Source of the DNA: Octopus bimaculoides
Lineage: Eukaryota
Direction: 5' to 3'
DNA: 39,789 bases
Assembly: GCF_001194135.2 (NCBI RefSeq)
Contig: NC_068982.1
Coordinates: 153,749,613 to 153,789,401 of the forward strand
Positions 22,806-35,989 of the stretch are shown in pieces. Position 1 is the first letter of the stretch; each line of letters begins with the position of its first letter. The translations under genes were made by a program, and so were the position numbers. The notes under the pieces were generated by a model. The model was not told where the DNA came from. It was given only the letters and a program-made list of their open reading frames with translations, and ran no database searches.

Positions 22806-23756
22806 CGCCATCATTTTCTTTTAAATCTGTGTTGTTTTTCTTTTCTCGTCTTCGTTCTCGAATATTTTGTGGTCGTTGTCGATGGTTTTGTAGTGGTTGA
22901 CGTGACCATTCTTGTATATTGTTTCTGTTTCTGTTAAGGATGTAGTGCTGCTGCTGTTGTTATTGATATTGTTGATAGTGGTGGTTTTTTTTTGTTTTTT
23001 GTTTTGTTTTGTTTTATTTTTCGTGCGTGTGTGTGTGTGTGATTTTCGTCTTCTGATGTTCACAAGTAACAACGACTTACGATTCTTAACCGAAGATAAA
23101 TAGCTTCACACGTTTACAAATAATGTTTCATTTTATTTTATTTTATTTTGTGTGTTTCATCATTCATATCGAAAGAAAGCCCAGACACACCAGAAGGCAG
23201 GCAAAGTATTAAATACATTAATATGTGTTATATAGATAGATAGACAGACAGATAGATTGATATATAGATAGATAGATAGATACATACATACATACATACA
23301 TGCACACATAAATACATACACACACACACTCACACACACACACATATATATATATACATACACACATACGCATACAAGTATGTGTATGTGTGTGTAAATG
23401 GCATTAGAAATAGAAAGAAATTGATATAGCTAACGTGATTAATTTTGCAATATAATTATAAACCAAAACTATTTTCAGTCTCATGGATGCAAATACTTAG
23501 AAACTACCTACTAATGCACTCTATTAACTTCCATTGTCTCCAGTCTATACTACCTAAACGTGGTCATTTAAGCTATAAGAAATAGTCGCCAAATCTCCTT
23601 CAATTAACACCATAATATCGTAACGTATGTTATCAATAATCCTGTCTTCACACGTAAAATAATACGCTCTCATACTACAAAACACAAGAACGACAAAACT
23701 GAAAACTTGGAAGAGCTCTAAGAATTCTTTTACTTTCTCATTTCTTTTTTCTTTAA

Positions 23757-23845
23757 CTTATTTCGTTCATTGGATTGCAGCGATACTGGGGCACCACATT
23801 GAAGACTTTAGTCAAACAGATCGACTCCGGTACTTCTATCAGTTC
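23757..23845 (-). mobile_element. SINE family A-related 3' fragment
   Basis: GGATTGCAGCGATACTGGGGCACCAC...TTTAGTCAAACAGATCGACTCC matches 35125-35185. Confidence 0.6.
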
Positions 23846-23884
23846 TTTTTTTTTTTTTTTACGAACCACCATGTGACAACGATG

Positions 23885-24114
23885 TAAACAAACTAACACC
23901 GGTTGTCAAGTAGGGTAACACAGGTTAAAGAAATGCACACACATATACAATGGGCTTCTACACAGTTTCCGTCTACAAAATTATACTCACAAGCCATTGA
24001 CTGAACCAGGCCTAGAGTAGAAGACGCTTGTCCAAGGAACCGCACAGTGGGACTGAACCTGAAACTACGATGTTCTAAAAGGCACTCCTTAACCACTTAG
24101 CTATTCCGGCGCCT
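23885..24114 (-). mobile_element. tRNA-derived SINE, family B (Octopus OK/OR-like)
   Basis: Reverse complement of the family at 27885: GGCGCCGGAATAGCTAAGTGGTTAAG, GGTTCAGTCCCACTGTGCGG, TGTAGACGGAAACTGTGTAGAAGCCC. Confidence 0.8.
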
Positions 24115-24949
24115 ATTGTTTTTGAAATATTATTACACAGATGCAGTTATATATAATACCCAATATCCATTGAAATATCTTCAATCATGCTTTTAGATTT
24201 GCTACCACGTTTTCAGTATATTGATAATTTGAGTGTTTTAGGTTGTATCTTCTATAATACCTACGTATTGACCAATGATTTGTGACTGCTATTTGATGCT
24301 CGAAATAAACGGGCTGAAACCAGCTGAATGGACGGTATCTGTTGATAGGCAGACTTGTCATGTTACTTGCTTTAACATCACTACCTGTGTCTTGGGTAAC
24401 GCTAGCATATTTCAGTCAGTCCTTTGAAAGCATTTAAACCAAGTTTCTAATCGGTATTTCAATGTATTCCATCTCACTGCAACAATTTATTTATTGTGAT
24501 TTTGCCCACTCATATCTATCTGGGAGGCCTAACTTTTTGGCGCGGCTATTCGTCCTTGTCCCATGTGACAAAAGTTATTCTAACAAATAGCCCTAAATAA
24601 GCAATTAAGGAAAATTTGGCAAGAAAAGTGTAGCAGCAAGTCCTAATCTAATGAGCAACAACAAATACAGCTCATTGCTTATTGTTGTTGTCATAGTAAT
24701 GGTCTTTTGCTATAGTGAATTTGTGGACAACGGAGGTGTTTTACCTACTGTTGCTTGTTTGTTGTTTGTTTTTTTCTAACATACCGTTACTAACGCTGTG
24801 GTTGTTGTTTTTATTGTTGTGGTTGTAGCTGTTACCGTTGTTGTTGTCACTGCCAGTACTCTTGGTCGCTTACCTCTGCGGTGTCATGTGGTGAAAGGTG
24901 TTGACTTCTAACAAGTTACATTTTCAAAATGACCTCCCATTTTCCTCTC

Positions 24950-25150
24950 TGGCTGACTCACTAGCAAGGAAGAAAATGTGCAAGCTGGATGCCTATTCTA
25001 ATTTGATTTGAAAAACTTTCTACAGAAATTTTTTCCCGTAGGAAGAGCAAATCGATGAAATAAGGGCCAGTTAAACACTGGGGTGAGGTCGATGTAGTCG
25101 ACTTATCCCCTCATCCCAAAATTACTGGCCTTGTACCAAAATTTGAAATC
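24950..25150 (+). mobile_element. Degenerate SINE family A copy
   Basis: TCGATGAAATAAGGGCCAGTTAAACACTGGGG...GTCGATGTAGTCGACTTATCCCC...CTGGCCTTGTACCAAAATTTGAAA; same core as 17110-17333. Confidence 0.6.
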
Positions 25151-25747
25151 AATATTTTATTACATTACTTTGTTTTAGGATTCCATTGGAAACGCTTTAT
25201 TCTTTTCTCCTTTCAGGGTCGAGAATTTAAAATACCAGTTATATACTACAGTCTGTTTCAGCAAATACAATTTCTAATCCGCAAGTCGATTTGTTATCCT
25301 CGTCTATGTGAAAGCAATTCACTTTTACCACTTTGCCTTTCATTATACCCTCCGCATAATTTGTCAGTTAACCACTCTCTTTGTCTCTCTCACACACTAT
25401 CTCTGTTTCTTTGTATCCCTTTCTCTCTCTCCCTTTCTCTGTCTCTCTCTCCCCCTTACTCTGTCTTATTCTCTCACTGTTTTTTATTCCTGTTTTCTTC
25501 CATCCCTTTCTATGTTCTTCCTATTTTAATCATTTTTGTATAAAATCCATCTAACTGCCTCTTATTTGTGTTATTTTTTTTTTGCGCTTGTGACTCATGT
25601 ATTAGCGTACTCAATCTCTTTATCTTTCTTCCTCTTTTCTCTGACTTTTTTCTTTCATTCTCTCGCCCACCTATCGCTTGCTTCATCATTCTTCCCTCAG
25701 ATCCTCTTTCTTCTTGATTGTCTTTTTTCTTTCACCCACGCATCAAA

Positions 25748-25754
<7 letters not shown>

Positions 25755-25813
<59 letters not shown>

Positions 25814-26017
25814 NNNNNNNNNNNNNNNNNNNNNNNNNNNNNNNNNNNNNNNNNNNNNNNNNNNNNNNNNNNNNNNNNNNNNNNNNNNNNNNNNNNNNNN
25901 NNNNNNNNNNNNNNNNNNNNNNNNNNNNNNNNNNNNNNNNNNNNNNNNNNNNNNNNNNNNNNNNNNNNNNNNNNNNNNNNNNNNNNNNNNNNNNNNNNNN
26001 NNNNNNNNNNNNNNNNN

Positions 26018-26070
<53 letters not shown>
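25755..26070. repeat. (TC)n microsatellite with internal gap, within a long pyrimidine-rich tract (~25370-26475)
   Basis: Direct reading. Confidence 0.95.
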
Positions 26071-26073
<3 letters not shown>

Positions 26074-27884
26074 AATTTTAGTTCTCATTGTTTGTAATGT
26101 ATTACTTGTATCTCTTTAATTTTTTCACTCATACACATAAAATCTCTCTTTGCACCGTTTTTAATAAGTCCATCAGTTTCTCTCTCTCTCTTTCTCTTTC
26201 TCTCTCTCTCCCTCTCTTTTTCTCTCTCTCCCATCTCTCCCTCTCTCTCTCTCTCTCTCTCTCCATTTTTCTCTCTCCCTCTCTCTCTTTCCCCTCATTT
26301 TCTTTTAATAATTTTATTTCTTTAATCATGATTCATCTATTAACTCTCTATCGTTCACTCTATTTTTTAATCTTTCCTTCTCTTCCCACTCATTCTCTCT
26401 CTCCCATTTTCTTCATTCTCTCTCTCCTTCTTCTCTTCCTCATTTTCTCTCTCACACTCACTCTCACTTTCTCTATTGTTACCGTGAAATCATTGTCATG
26501 AATGCAATTTTGTAGTTCGATTGTGTGACGTTACCGTATTGAAAATGCTTCTAACAAATTAAGTCTCTATTCTTTTATTTAAATACATTGGACTCCCATA
26601 AAATCTGAATATACGTTGGTTGTTGACTGTTCATATACATTCAATGAGTATTCTCAACAAGCAGGTAGCGTGGAGGCACAACGGGTATTTATAATAGCCA
26701 GCTAACCGTTACTTTCCAAAGTCAGTTTCAAACATTCATAGCAGAAACGATCATTGATTTGAATTCCCCATCATATATGTAACACATGGTAATAGCTTTC
26801 CGAATATTTAAAACACCTCTCAGTAACAGCCAATTCGTAATTATACCATAGAAGCACCAGTTTAACCTGAAAATCAATAGCAACTGCTGATTATTTTAAT
26901 TAGATTGCAGCGGAGCTTATGTACTTTAAAATATTCATCTCAAATTGTCATCATTCTTGCATATCTAAATTTGAACGCCTAATTTTGAAACAAATGCATA
27001 ATGGATTGTAATGCGTGTATGCAGTTTGCTTCTGGCTGTGTATCCTGTGTTGAAATTTACTACGCATCAATATCAGGTTACACATAAAGATTATTAGGAT
27101 CACTTCTATAAACGAAAAATTTATTCTTTTACTGGTTCCAGTTAGTTGGCTATCACCACGTTAGAGTATTACCATCAATATCAGCATAAGAGAGTCAATG
27201 GCGTGTAATCGAGTAATATAATGGAAAAATATAACTTTTTTTTTTTTTTTTTTTACTAATATACTAAATGCAAAGAGGGTTTTAACTTCTTAACTATTCC
27301 GGCAATCTTCACCAAAAGATTTTACAGAAATGGCCTAAACACAAGTTTTAATTTTAAAACGGTGCAAATTCTGCGTACCAATACCCATTTTCCTGCTACG
27401 GAGTTTATAATTCCCACCATATTTGACTATTTAAGATAGCCGATATACAGTGAAAGTTTATAATTTTATTCATGAGATTTAGAAATGTATCATTTCGAAG
27501 TTTTAATTGTTTTATTGACTTTCAAAATCTACAAGATCAATAATGTATCTTTCTGACAATTGTAGTATAATCTGTCTTGAATTCATGAGATTTACAAAAT
27601 GTCATTACACAGTCAGTCAAGAATTATTTTAAATGATCTATCTGCTTGTGATATTTCATATCAAAGATACAAGAACTTTAACTATATATGGAAATAAACA
27701 AGCGACGTAGTGTGCGACTATGCAAGCGTGTATGCATGTGATGTGTTACGTGTGCGCGCACGTGTGTATGGCAAGCAGGTAATGTACGCGCGCACACACC
27801 CACACACACACACACATATATATATGATTTATATATATTATATTTTTTATCTTTATTATATCATATATGTGTTATTTATATACA

Positions 27885-28050
27885 GGCGCAGGCGTGGCTG
27901 TGTGGTAAGAAGCTTCCTTCCCAACTACATGTTTCTGGGTTCAGTCTCTTTGCGCGGCACCTTCGGCAAGAGTCTTCTACAATAACCTCTGGCCGACCAA
28001 AGTGTTGTCAGTGGATTTGGTAGACGGAAACTGAAAGAATCTCGTCTTAT
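27885..28050 (+). mobile_element. tRNA-derived SINE, family B (Octopus OK/OR-like)
   Basis: GGCGCAGGCG-TGGCTGTGTGG (A box), GGGTTCAGTCTC (B-box-like), GGCAAGAGTCTTCTAC core, TTGGTAGACGGAAACTGAAAGAA, then a (TACA)/(TA) tail. Confidence 0.85.
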
Positions 28051-28492
28051 ACATACATACATATATTTATATATATATATATATATATATNNNNNNNNNN
28101 NNNNNNNNNNNNNNNNNNNNNNNNNNNNNNNNNNNNNNNNNNNNNNNNNNNNNNNNNNNNNNNNNNNNNNNNNNNNNNNNNNNNNNNNNNNNNNNNNNNN
28201 NNNNNNNNNNNNNNNNNNNNNNNNNNNNNNNNNNNNNNNNNNNNNNNNNNNNNNNNNNNNNNNNNNNNNNNNNNNNNNNNNNNNNNNNNNNNNNNNNNNN
28301 NNNNNNNNNNNNNNNNNNNNNNNNNNNNNNNNNNNNNNNNNNNNNNNNNNNNNNNNNNNNNNNNNNNNNNNNNNNNNNNNNNNNNNNNNNNNNNNNNNNN
28401 NNNNNNNNNNNNNNNNNNNNNNNNNNNNNNNNNNNNNNNNNNNNNNNNNNNNNNNNNNNNNNNNNNNNNNNNNNNNNNNNNNNNNNNNNNNN

Positions 28493-28538
<46 letters not shown>

Positions 28539-28865
28539 ATTTGCTAGTGTGCAGTTGTTTGACCTCAGAAGTTGTGTGCTTAGTTAACAAATGACTGAAG
28601 AATATGGGCAAACAATGTTAAACTGCTTTCTTTCTATAAGCAGTCATGGATTAATATTGGAAGGCGATATTATATTGAATGTATGCTAAAGGGAGAAAAG
28701 GAGGTTAAGCGTATATTGCAACCATCTTCGAAGAAAATAAGAATTTGAATGTTAGTATGGGATTGAAAAGATCAAAACGGACACCAATTAGCTAGTTCTA
28801 TTACAATTTCTTCTGAAGTCCTAGAATGAACGAGTAAACACGTGAAACTAATTATTCTGGTCGAA

Positions 28866-29040
28866 TCACAATTACTTTTCAAGCTTGACAGGGATGGTAT
28901 GAATAAGTTCACAATACTGTTTTGGTAGTATCACAATCATTTTTACAGCTTGAGTGGGAGAACATAAACTACAAGAGATCGCTGCTGGTCATGTTTGCAT
29001 GTACTTTTATAGCTTGATCGGTAAGAATAAGTCATCGGAT
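28866..29040. repeat. Degenerate ~65-bp tandem repeat (3 units)
   Basis: TTTT-nn-AGCTTGA recurs with AGCTTGA at 28882, 28947 and 29011; TCACAAT at 28866 and 28931; GAATAAGT in units 1 and 3. Confidence 0.5.
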
Positions 29041-30311
29041 AGGTAAACTGATTCTATATCGTGATAGGCTCGTAATTAGTATGAAATGATTAGTCGTGGT
29101 TAAAGTTTGAGAATCAGAGACTGTAGAATACCTATAGACATACACAGTTAACGATAACTTTAGTTACATTTGGTTATTTCTACAGTTTCTTAAAATTGAT
29201 TCTTTATCAATAGGAAAATGTATTAACTATAACCAGTTGACAATGGGAGCCCGGACAGCACAATCCTCTCAAGGGTATTATTGTTATCACATAAACTAGT
29301 TACCGGCTACTAACTGTGAGATATGTATTCGTTAAACAATAGTTTAGTTGGACGTTTGTATTCAAATAGTGTAGAGATCCATCAGGTGAATGCATTGCTG
29401 TAGCTATAAGTGACTAGGAATGATTGCCATGCATTTCCAATAAGTTCAATTGCAGATTACAATATTATTGAAGTTTTCTTTTTTCATGTTTCTATTTCCA
29501 GCGAGTTTCTTCAGATCAAGCATACGAATGGAATGGAATTTTATAACGTCTTTCATATTATAGTAACAGAATAGCTCTGAATCTATATCTTTGATGGATT
29601 ATAGCATGTATGAATGTTACAGGGTTATGTTGAAGAAACACTCTGCCTTCATTGATTTAGACTGCTGGAGAAAAGATTTTGTAATTGAATTTTGGGGATC
29701 TTTTTTTTAGATTCACACAAATTCTTTTGAATTTTTTCTAAAAACCATTCTTTGAGAATAATTTTGCATATGAACTCCGAAATACACTCAGAAAGAGACG
29801 AGGAAATACCCATGTCGATATTTTGCCAGCAGTTCTGCATCCACATTTTGTGTCTACATATTATGTAATGGAGCTTAAAAAACGAGCGGGCAGTGTGGTT
29901 TAAATTCTACCTTTTTCGAACTTCTTAATTACAATGGAGTAATAAGAACGTCCATAATCATTTCCAGAGCTTGTAATACTTCAGGAAAGATGGTAGGAAG
30001 TTAATGTCAGATGGGAGGGGAAAAACTCGAATAATTGCGACAGAGCGGATTCCATTAATTCCCTCGAAAGAGGAGTAGTACAATAATGCCTATAAAATAT
30101 GTAACATTCAGATATTACTAGCTTATAATGATGCACCGAAACAATTGTAGTGGCCTGAAATGAAGCCTGCTCATTCCATCTGCTCGTATGAGAATTATTT
30201 TATTTATTAAATAAGCATACATACATGTGTACATATACGTATGCGTATACGCATACATATACATACATATACATATATGTACCTATAGTATTTGTATATT
30301 ACAATGTTGTT

Positions 30312-30358
30312 GACAGTGACTTCGAAGTTTCGGCCAACTAAGCCATTGTCGGACTGCC
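30312..30358 (-). ncRNA. Type I hammerhead-like motif (minus-strand arm of the foldback; core mutated)
   Basis: Minus: GGCAGU-CCGACAA-U-GGC-UUAGUUG-GCC-GAAA-CUUCGAAG-UC/ACUGUC. 6-bp stem I, 3-bp stem II, palindromic stem III and GUC triplet; core has U4C and G8A. Confidence 0.55.
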
Positions 30359-30397
30359 GACGATAGCTAAGCTGGCCGAAACTTCGAAGTCGCTGTC
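30357..30397 (+). ncRNA. Type I hammerhead-like motif (plus-strand arm; 5' strand of stem I lost at the inversion centre)
   Basis: CCGACGA-UAGCUAAGCUGGCC-GAAA(30378-30381)-CUUCGAAG-UC(30390-30391)-GCUGUC. Confidence 0.5.
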
Positions 30398-30498
30398 AGC
30401 AACTTCTTGTGTGAGAATAATAAATTTGTACTCCACAAAAGTATAGAGTAACCCATCAGATTAATGTAAAATTGCTTTTATTATAACTCAACCTAAAA

Positions 30499-30542
<44 letters not shown>

Positions 30543-31027
30543 AAGTGCATATACATGTGATTATATATACATATATATAAATGCTCATATATAAAGATAC
30601 ACAGACACACACACACACTCACGCACACGACCAAACTTCAAAAAGATCTTTGATTATGACAAGATTATCCATTCTGAAATAATGTTTTACACTGTGGAAA
30701 CACCAGCTAACAATTCATTTTTCTATTTTTGACGGAAAACCTCGAAAAAACCTTTGTTGACTAGCTGTCACTCTTTCCGGCAGACTTGTTAAATTATATT
30801 CATTTCACACTCTGACTTGTTTAATTTCAGATAAGACAATATACTTTATTTATGATACGGCTGCACAATTTGTGTAATGAAGACGGCGTTACACAAATTA
30901 GATTTCTGGTTAAAGTCAATGTACATTAGTTGAATTTTGTACAAATAATAAACTATAGATTACAATTATAGCTGGCAATGTATAGTATTATTTAGAAATT
31001 AAACGAATGTGCACACACACACACACT

Positions 31028-31058
<31 letters not shown>

Positions 31059-32603
31059 ACGTACATGCGATCACATACAAACACAATCACGAACACAATA
31101 AGACACCTTGATGCTTGCCATTAACTATGAACTGTATCTTAACAGCAAAGTGCAGAATCACTAATTAAATTTAGATTTTGGTTTCAGTGGGATATATCTT
31201 TTTATATGATGTAGCAGCATGGATTCAGAGGAGTTGTAGATAATACGCACTTTATGATGTACCGTTGTTAAAGAATAACTCATCTGTCCTTTTAATCACG
31301 CTTTGTCTCCTTAAAATTCAACCGCAAAATATCTCTGTCAATTCCATTTCAGAACGCTTATCGTCTCTTTTATCTAATCTTGTTACACTATTATGTCTTA
31401 CTTTCGGTACTAACTAATTCTACAACAAAATTCGTCTCTCTCTCAAAATTTCTGTACAACGTACGCTTCCTCTTATCAACAATACTTCTGTGGTTAACAA
31501 CTGTTAACTTGGCAAAATACATTCTCATCACTTATAGACATAACCACTCTTGTCCTCATCAGTATAACGAAAATAGAAAACTCCTTGAATGAAAATGAAA
31601 ACAATATTGCTACCTCGTACTAATTGTGATTGTGCTCTGGTGTAGAATCTATATTACGGCTTTATCGAAGCAATATAGAAATTAACAATACACATTATGC
31701 GCGGAATTTTCGGTAAATTGCAGAGTTTTATCGCCAAATGTATGATTACAAATATAATTCTATAAAAATTATTTGCCTAAACGAGTTAACTCATTATTCC
31801 CTAAGATTGTAATTGATGACTGATAACTTAAAGGTCGAAATTGCGACAGTGATATTGGAAATCTCACACGATCTATATCTTTTACGAAATTAATTACTGC
31901 TATTTATAAATGTACACAGTACCATGTAATGCGATCAATATATATAGGAATTTCATAGTAAAGAACTATTCACCAGCCTGAAACATTTTTCAAACGTTAA
32001 TACTCGTGCTGGCTTAGTCTACTTAGGAAATCAACTACTATTTTAGAATCCTATGACAATAAGAAAATTTATTGAGATGTGTTAATATTTATAGAATTTA
32101 ATTGATTTCACAGAACTGGATCCTAGATTAAATTCCATAATGTGTAGACTCAAATCCTGTCAGTTCAGTAAAGTGCTTTCAAACGAAATTGATTTGTAAT
32201 TTATAACGGAAAAATCAGCTTGATGTAATGGCAAATCATATCTAAATTTAGAGAGAATAGTAACAATTTTTATTTGTATAAAATAATACAGGGCTTGGTA
32301 TTCAAATGTTACCCTTGGCAACAGGATTATAACCCTATGATCGTTGTTATCTTTCTACGTAAATCGATAAACATTTTACGGATAAATAAAAAAGATGCGA
32401 ATGAATTTCAATATCATATAGGATTGATATTAATATATCTATCTTAGTGCTTTACAACATTCAACTCGCTTGTTTTCCACTGTACAACATGTAAATTTAG
32501 AAATAATATCTTTGTATAAGAAAAATTACTGGAGCAAAATTACTGTGGATATGAGAAAGTGAGAACACATACACATACACATACATACACACACTTTTTA
32601 TAT

Positions 32604-32801
32604 ATCTATCCATCCATCCATCCATCCATCCATCCATCCATCTATCCATTCATCCGTCTGTCTGTCTGTCTGTTTATCTATCTCTATCTATCTATATATA
32701 GAGAGAGAGGGAGACGGGGGAGAGAGACATGTGTGTATATATATATGTGTGTGTGTGTATGTGTGTGTGTGTGTATGTGTGTGTGTGTGTGTGTAAGTGT
32801 G

Positions 32802-32860
<59 letters not shown>

Positions 32861-32876
32861 GTAGATAGATAGATAG
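32604..32876. repeat. Compound microsatellite block (CCAT)n, (TCTG/TCTA)n, (GT)n, (GATA)n
   Basis: Direct reading. Confidence 0.9.
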
Positions 32877-33489
32877 AGGGAGGGTGGGAGACTCTCACAT
32901 GCGCATCTGAAACTTAATCCTGAAATAAAAATCTTACATGTCGTAACTCATTTTTTGAGCTAGAAATATTTTGAATATTCCTTTATGTATTTAAATGTCT
33001 ATTCTGAATATTTATCTTGATGTTAACATCAACTAAAATAGTTCCGTACCACATTTTCAGCCAGCATTATATTTCGGTTCAAACATTATATAAAAGCATA
33101 TTTTCTGACTCTTCTTTAAAAAGAGTCAAAGTCCTTCTACTTCTTCTCGTATTTACTATTTATCAGAACCGATTGATTCCAGTACAATTCTAAATAGATA
33201 TTTTCTACTGTTATTCATTTGTCGTAAGACGAAATCTGCTCATATCCAAGATTATTTTACTCCACTAAATGCAAAGATATTATTTCTTAATTTACATTTT
33301 GCACAGTGAGAAACAAGTAAGTTGAATGTTGCAAAGCACTAAAATAGATATATTAATATCAATCCTATATGATATTGAAATTCATTTGCATATAGTTGCT
33401 TAAATCTAACATTCACCGATACCATTTTTGTGTGCAGAGGAATGGAAAGGCTGGTTTCGTGGGGATTTTAAATCAAACTGCAAAGTAAC

Positions 33490-33612
33490 ATGAGAAAAAA
33501 AATGAAGGAACAAGTTGATTTTGGTAGAACTGGATGTAGAAAGTAAAGACGTGTGATGAGATACCGCTAGACATTTTATTCGATGTTCTGTTGTTTCTGC
33601 CAACCAACCGCC
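33490..33612 (-). mobile_element. Degenerate SINE family A head
   Basis: Minus: GGCGGTTGGTTGGCAGAAAC...AAAATGTCTAGCGGTAT...GTCTTTAC; aligns with the head of 17110-17333. Confidence 0.55.
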
Positions 33613-34034
33613 ATTTTTTACCATCTCAGTAAAATAGTCGACAGATTGGCAAAGTCAATAAATCGTCTAAACAGTATTTATGTATGTCCCTTTTTGTTCA
33701 GAGTCTAAATTTTGTTATGGTCGATTAAAAAAAAATACCTGTTCAGTACTATGATCGACTGAATTGTCTATTACTACGCTCCAAAACGTGTTGCCTTATA
33801 CCAGTTTCAAGAATCAATAATGAACTTGGAATATTATCATATATAGATAGATTTTCTGAATTATATTATATTATCTAAGCCATGTGCTGTAGGGCAAAAG
33901 GTAAATACTCACGATAAATATTCTTTATCAATACTATTATCAACGTTTATGAAAAGGAAAGGATGTTAGAATTGATAAAATGCCGAACTAAATATCCTAC
34001 GGTATTTTGTTACTTTCGCTGTATTGTAAGTGGC

Positions 34035-34190
34035 ACTGGAATAGTCATGTGGTTAAGAAATTCGTTTCGGAACTACGTAGTTTCATGTTCATTCCCACCA
34101 CATGGTGTCTTAGTAAAGTATCTTTTACTGTAGCATCGAGACCTCCAAATTCTAGGTAGATGAAAATAGTGTGGGAATCTATCGAGTAGG
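34035..34190 (+). mobile_element. Degenerate SINE family B copy
   Basis: ATGTGGTTAAGAAATTCG...GTTCATTCCCACCACATGGTGTCTTAGTAAAGTATCTTTTACTGTAGC aligns with 27885-28000. Confidence 0.55.
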
Positions 34191-35042
34191 CTTCTTCTCC
34201 ATATGTTGTAGGCTTCATCCGTCACTTCTTTAACACAGACACCTTGATCTTGGATTTAGACGAGCCCACTCTTCTGTAAGCGTTTTTGCTAGGCTTCTTA
34301 TTTGGGGATAATTTTCTCACTCCGCTATATCTGTTTTGAATGCCAGAAAAATATTATCGAGCGCTACCTTTTCTGGTCTGGCTAAGCTGTGTGCAAGTTT
34401 AGAAGATTAAATCGTGCCAGTTTCCGTCACTGTGATAATGACAAAAACAAATTACAAATACTGGAAGCACACCTACAAAAATGTCTCACCGTGATTCAGT
34501 GTGATAAATCAACTCTATCACCATGTCCTGTATATTGTTGAATGACAAATCAAACGATTCACATAAAAATCACTCTAAAATTAAACTAAAATTGCTATCA
34601 AAATCTTTTCTCTAGAATGCAGCCAATGACTTTGTTTTAAATAGGCAAGAGAGAGGAGATGAAATTTACAGAAAAGGACATTGAGACAATGACGGTCTAT
34701 TATCGTATTACAGATGTAGACGAAGTACCCCTTGGAAAAAAGGTATTTTTATTTTAAAAGAACTAACAAAAAATAATGGTGTTACACAGCGAGAACAAAA
34801 AAACGGATAGATATTCACAGACATGAGTATGTGCGCATGTGTGTGAGCATGCGTGCATGTGTTCTTGCGATTATATACCAGTATACGTTATGTGTGTGTG
34901 TGTGCGTGTGTGTGTGCATATATATATATATATATATACTTATATATACATATATATGTATGTATATATTTGTACATATGTATATATATATTTGTACATA
35001 TGTATATATATATACATATATGTATATATATACATATATATG

Positions 35043-35079
<37 letters not shown>

Positions 35080-35107
35080 ACTTATATATATGTATATATA
35101 TGTATAT

Positions 35108-35215
35108 CTATACTCTTTTACTTGTTTCAGTCCTTTGACTGCGGCCATGCTGGAGCACCACCTTTAGTCGAGCAAATCGACCCAAGACTTATACATTGTA
35201 AGCCTACTAATAGTT
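35108..35215 (-). mobile_element. SINE family A-related 3' half
   Basis: TACTCTTTTACTTGTTTCAGTCCTTTGACTGCGGCCATGCTGGAGCACCACCTTTAGTCGAGCAAATCGACCC; related to 21485-21635 and 23757-23845. Confidence 0.75.
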
Positions 35216-35989
35216 CCATGCATTGGAGATAGAATCTAGGCAAGTTTTAATAACAAGCCACTTCAAGCTCTTATCATATGGCCTATAAAAATTACAAATC
35301 AAGATGCTAGATCAAGAGAAATTACGAGAACAAGCGGGAGGCTGGATACAAAAATTGTAGGGGGGAAATAAACTGAAAAACAAAAGAAAGAAATTAGAGT
35401 TACGTCTCCTTTGTTCGTAAAGCCATAATCTATATGATAATCCGCTCGCTCGTTCGCCCGCTATACTTTAGTTAGTTAGTGAGGTGAATATGGAGGTGGA
35501 GCGAGTAAGAGGTTGAGTAAAAGTGAGAGAGAGGGGGAGAATTGTGAGTAGGGAAAAGGGAAGAGAGGAGTATAATAACACTCAGGCCAAATACATCACG
35601 TGATTAGTTGGAGAGAGAAGCATGGACGAGTGAAAGAGATGGTGAGAGGAAAAGACGGTGAGAGAAAAGTGGATGAGAGATGTGTTTGTGACGTACTGTA
35701 GGGAGGGAAAGATGAAGTGAAAGAGAGAAATGTTAAAGACATGAAGAGGGGAATTACAGGGTTAAATTTTTTGTTGAAGAGATAAAGAGAAAGAGAGAAA
35801 TATGCGGTGCTTAGCAAAGGGAAAATTTTTAAATCCTATAATATATTATTGTGAATGGAAGTGAAATAATTTAGCAAAATAAAAATTAAAATCATCCTTT
35901 CTCTCTTAAATAGCTTCTCTTGATAGTTTTCGTTCTGTGGAATTTCTACATGTCCAACTACTAAAGCTAATTGTAGAACCAATGGAGAA

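Larger units (their letters stand above)
30306..30403. repeat. Inverted repeat / foldback, 47-bp arms, 4-nt loop ACTG; each arm is a hammerhead-like sequence
   Basis: 30306-30352 pairs with 30357-30403; on the plus strand 41 Watson-Crick pairs, 3 G.U and 3 mismatches. Confidence 0.95.

Noticed and set aside
30115-30155. CC-GAAA-CAAUUG-UA (palindromic stem III plus GUA)
   Set aside because: No CUGANGA core or stem II upstream; likely chance.
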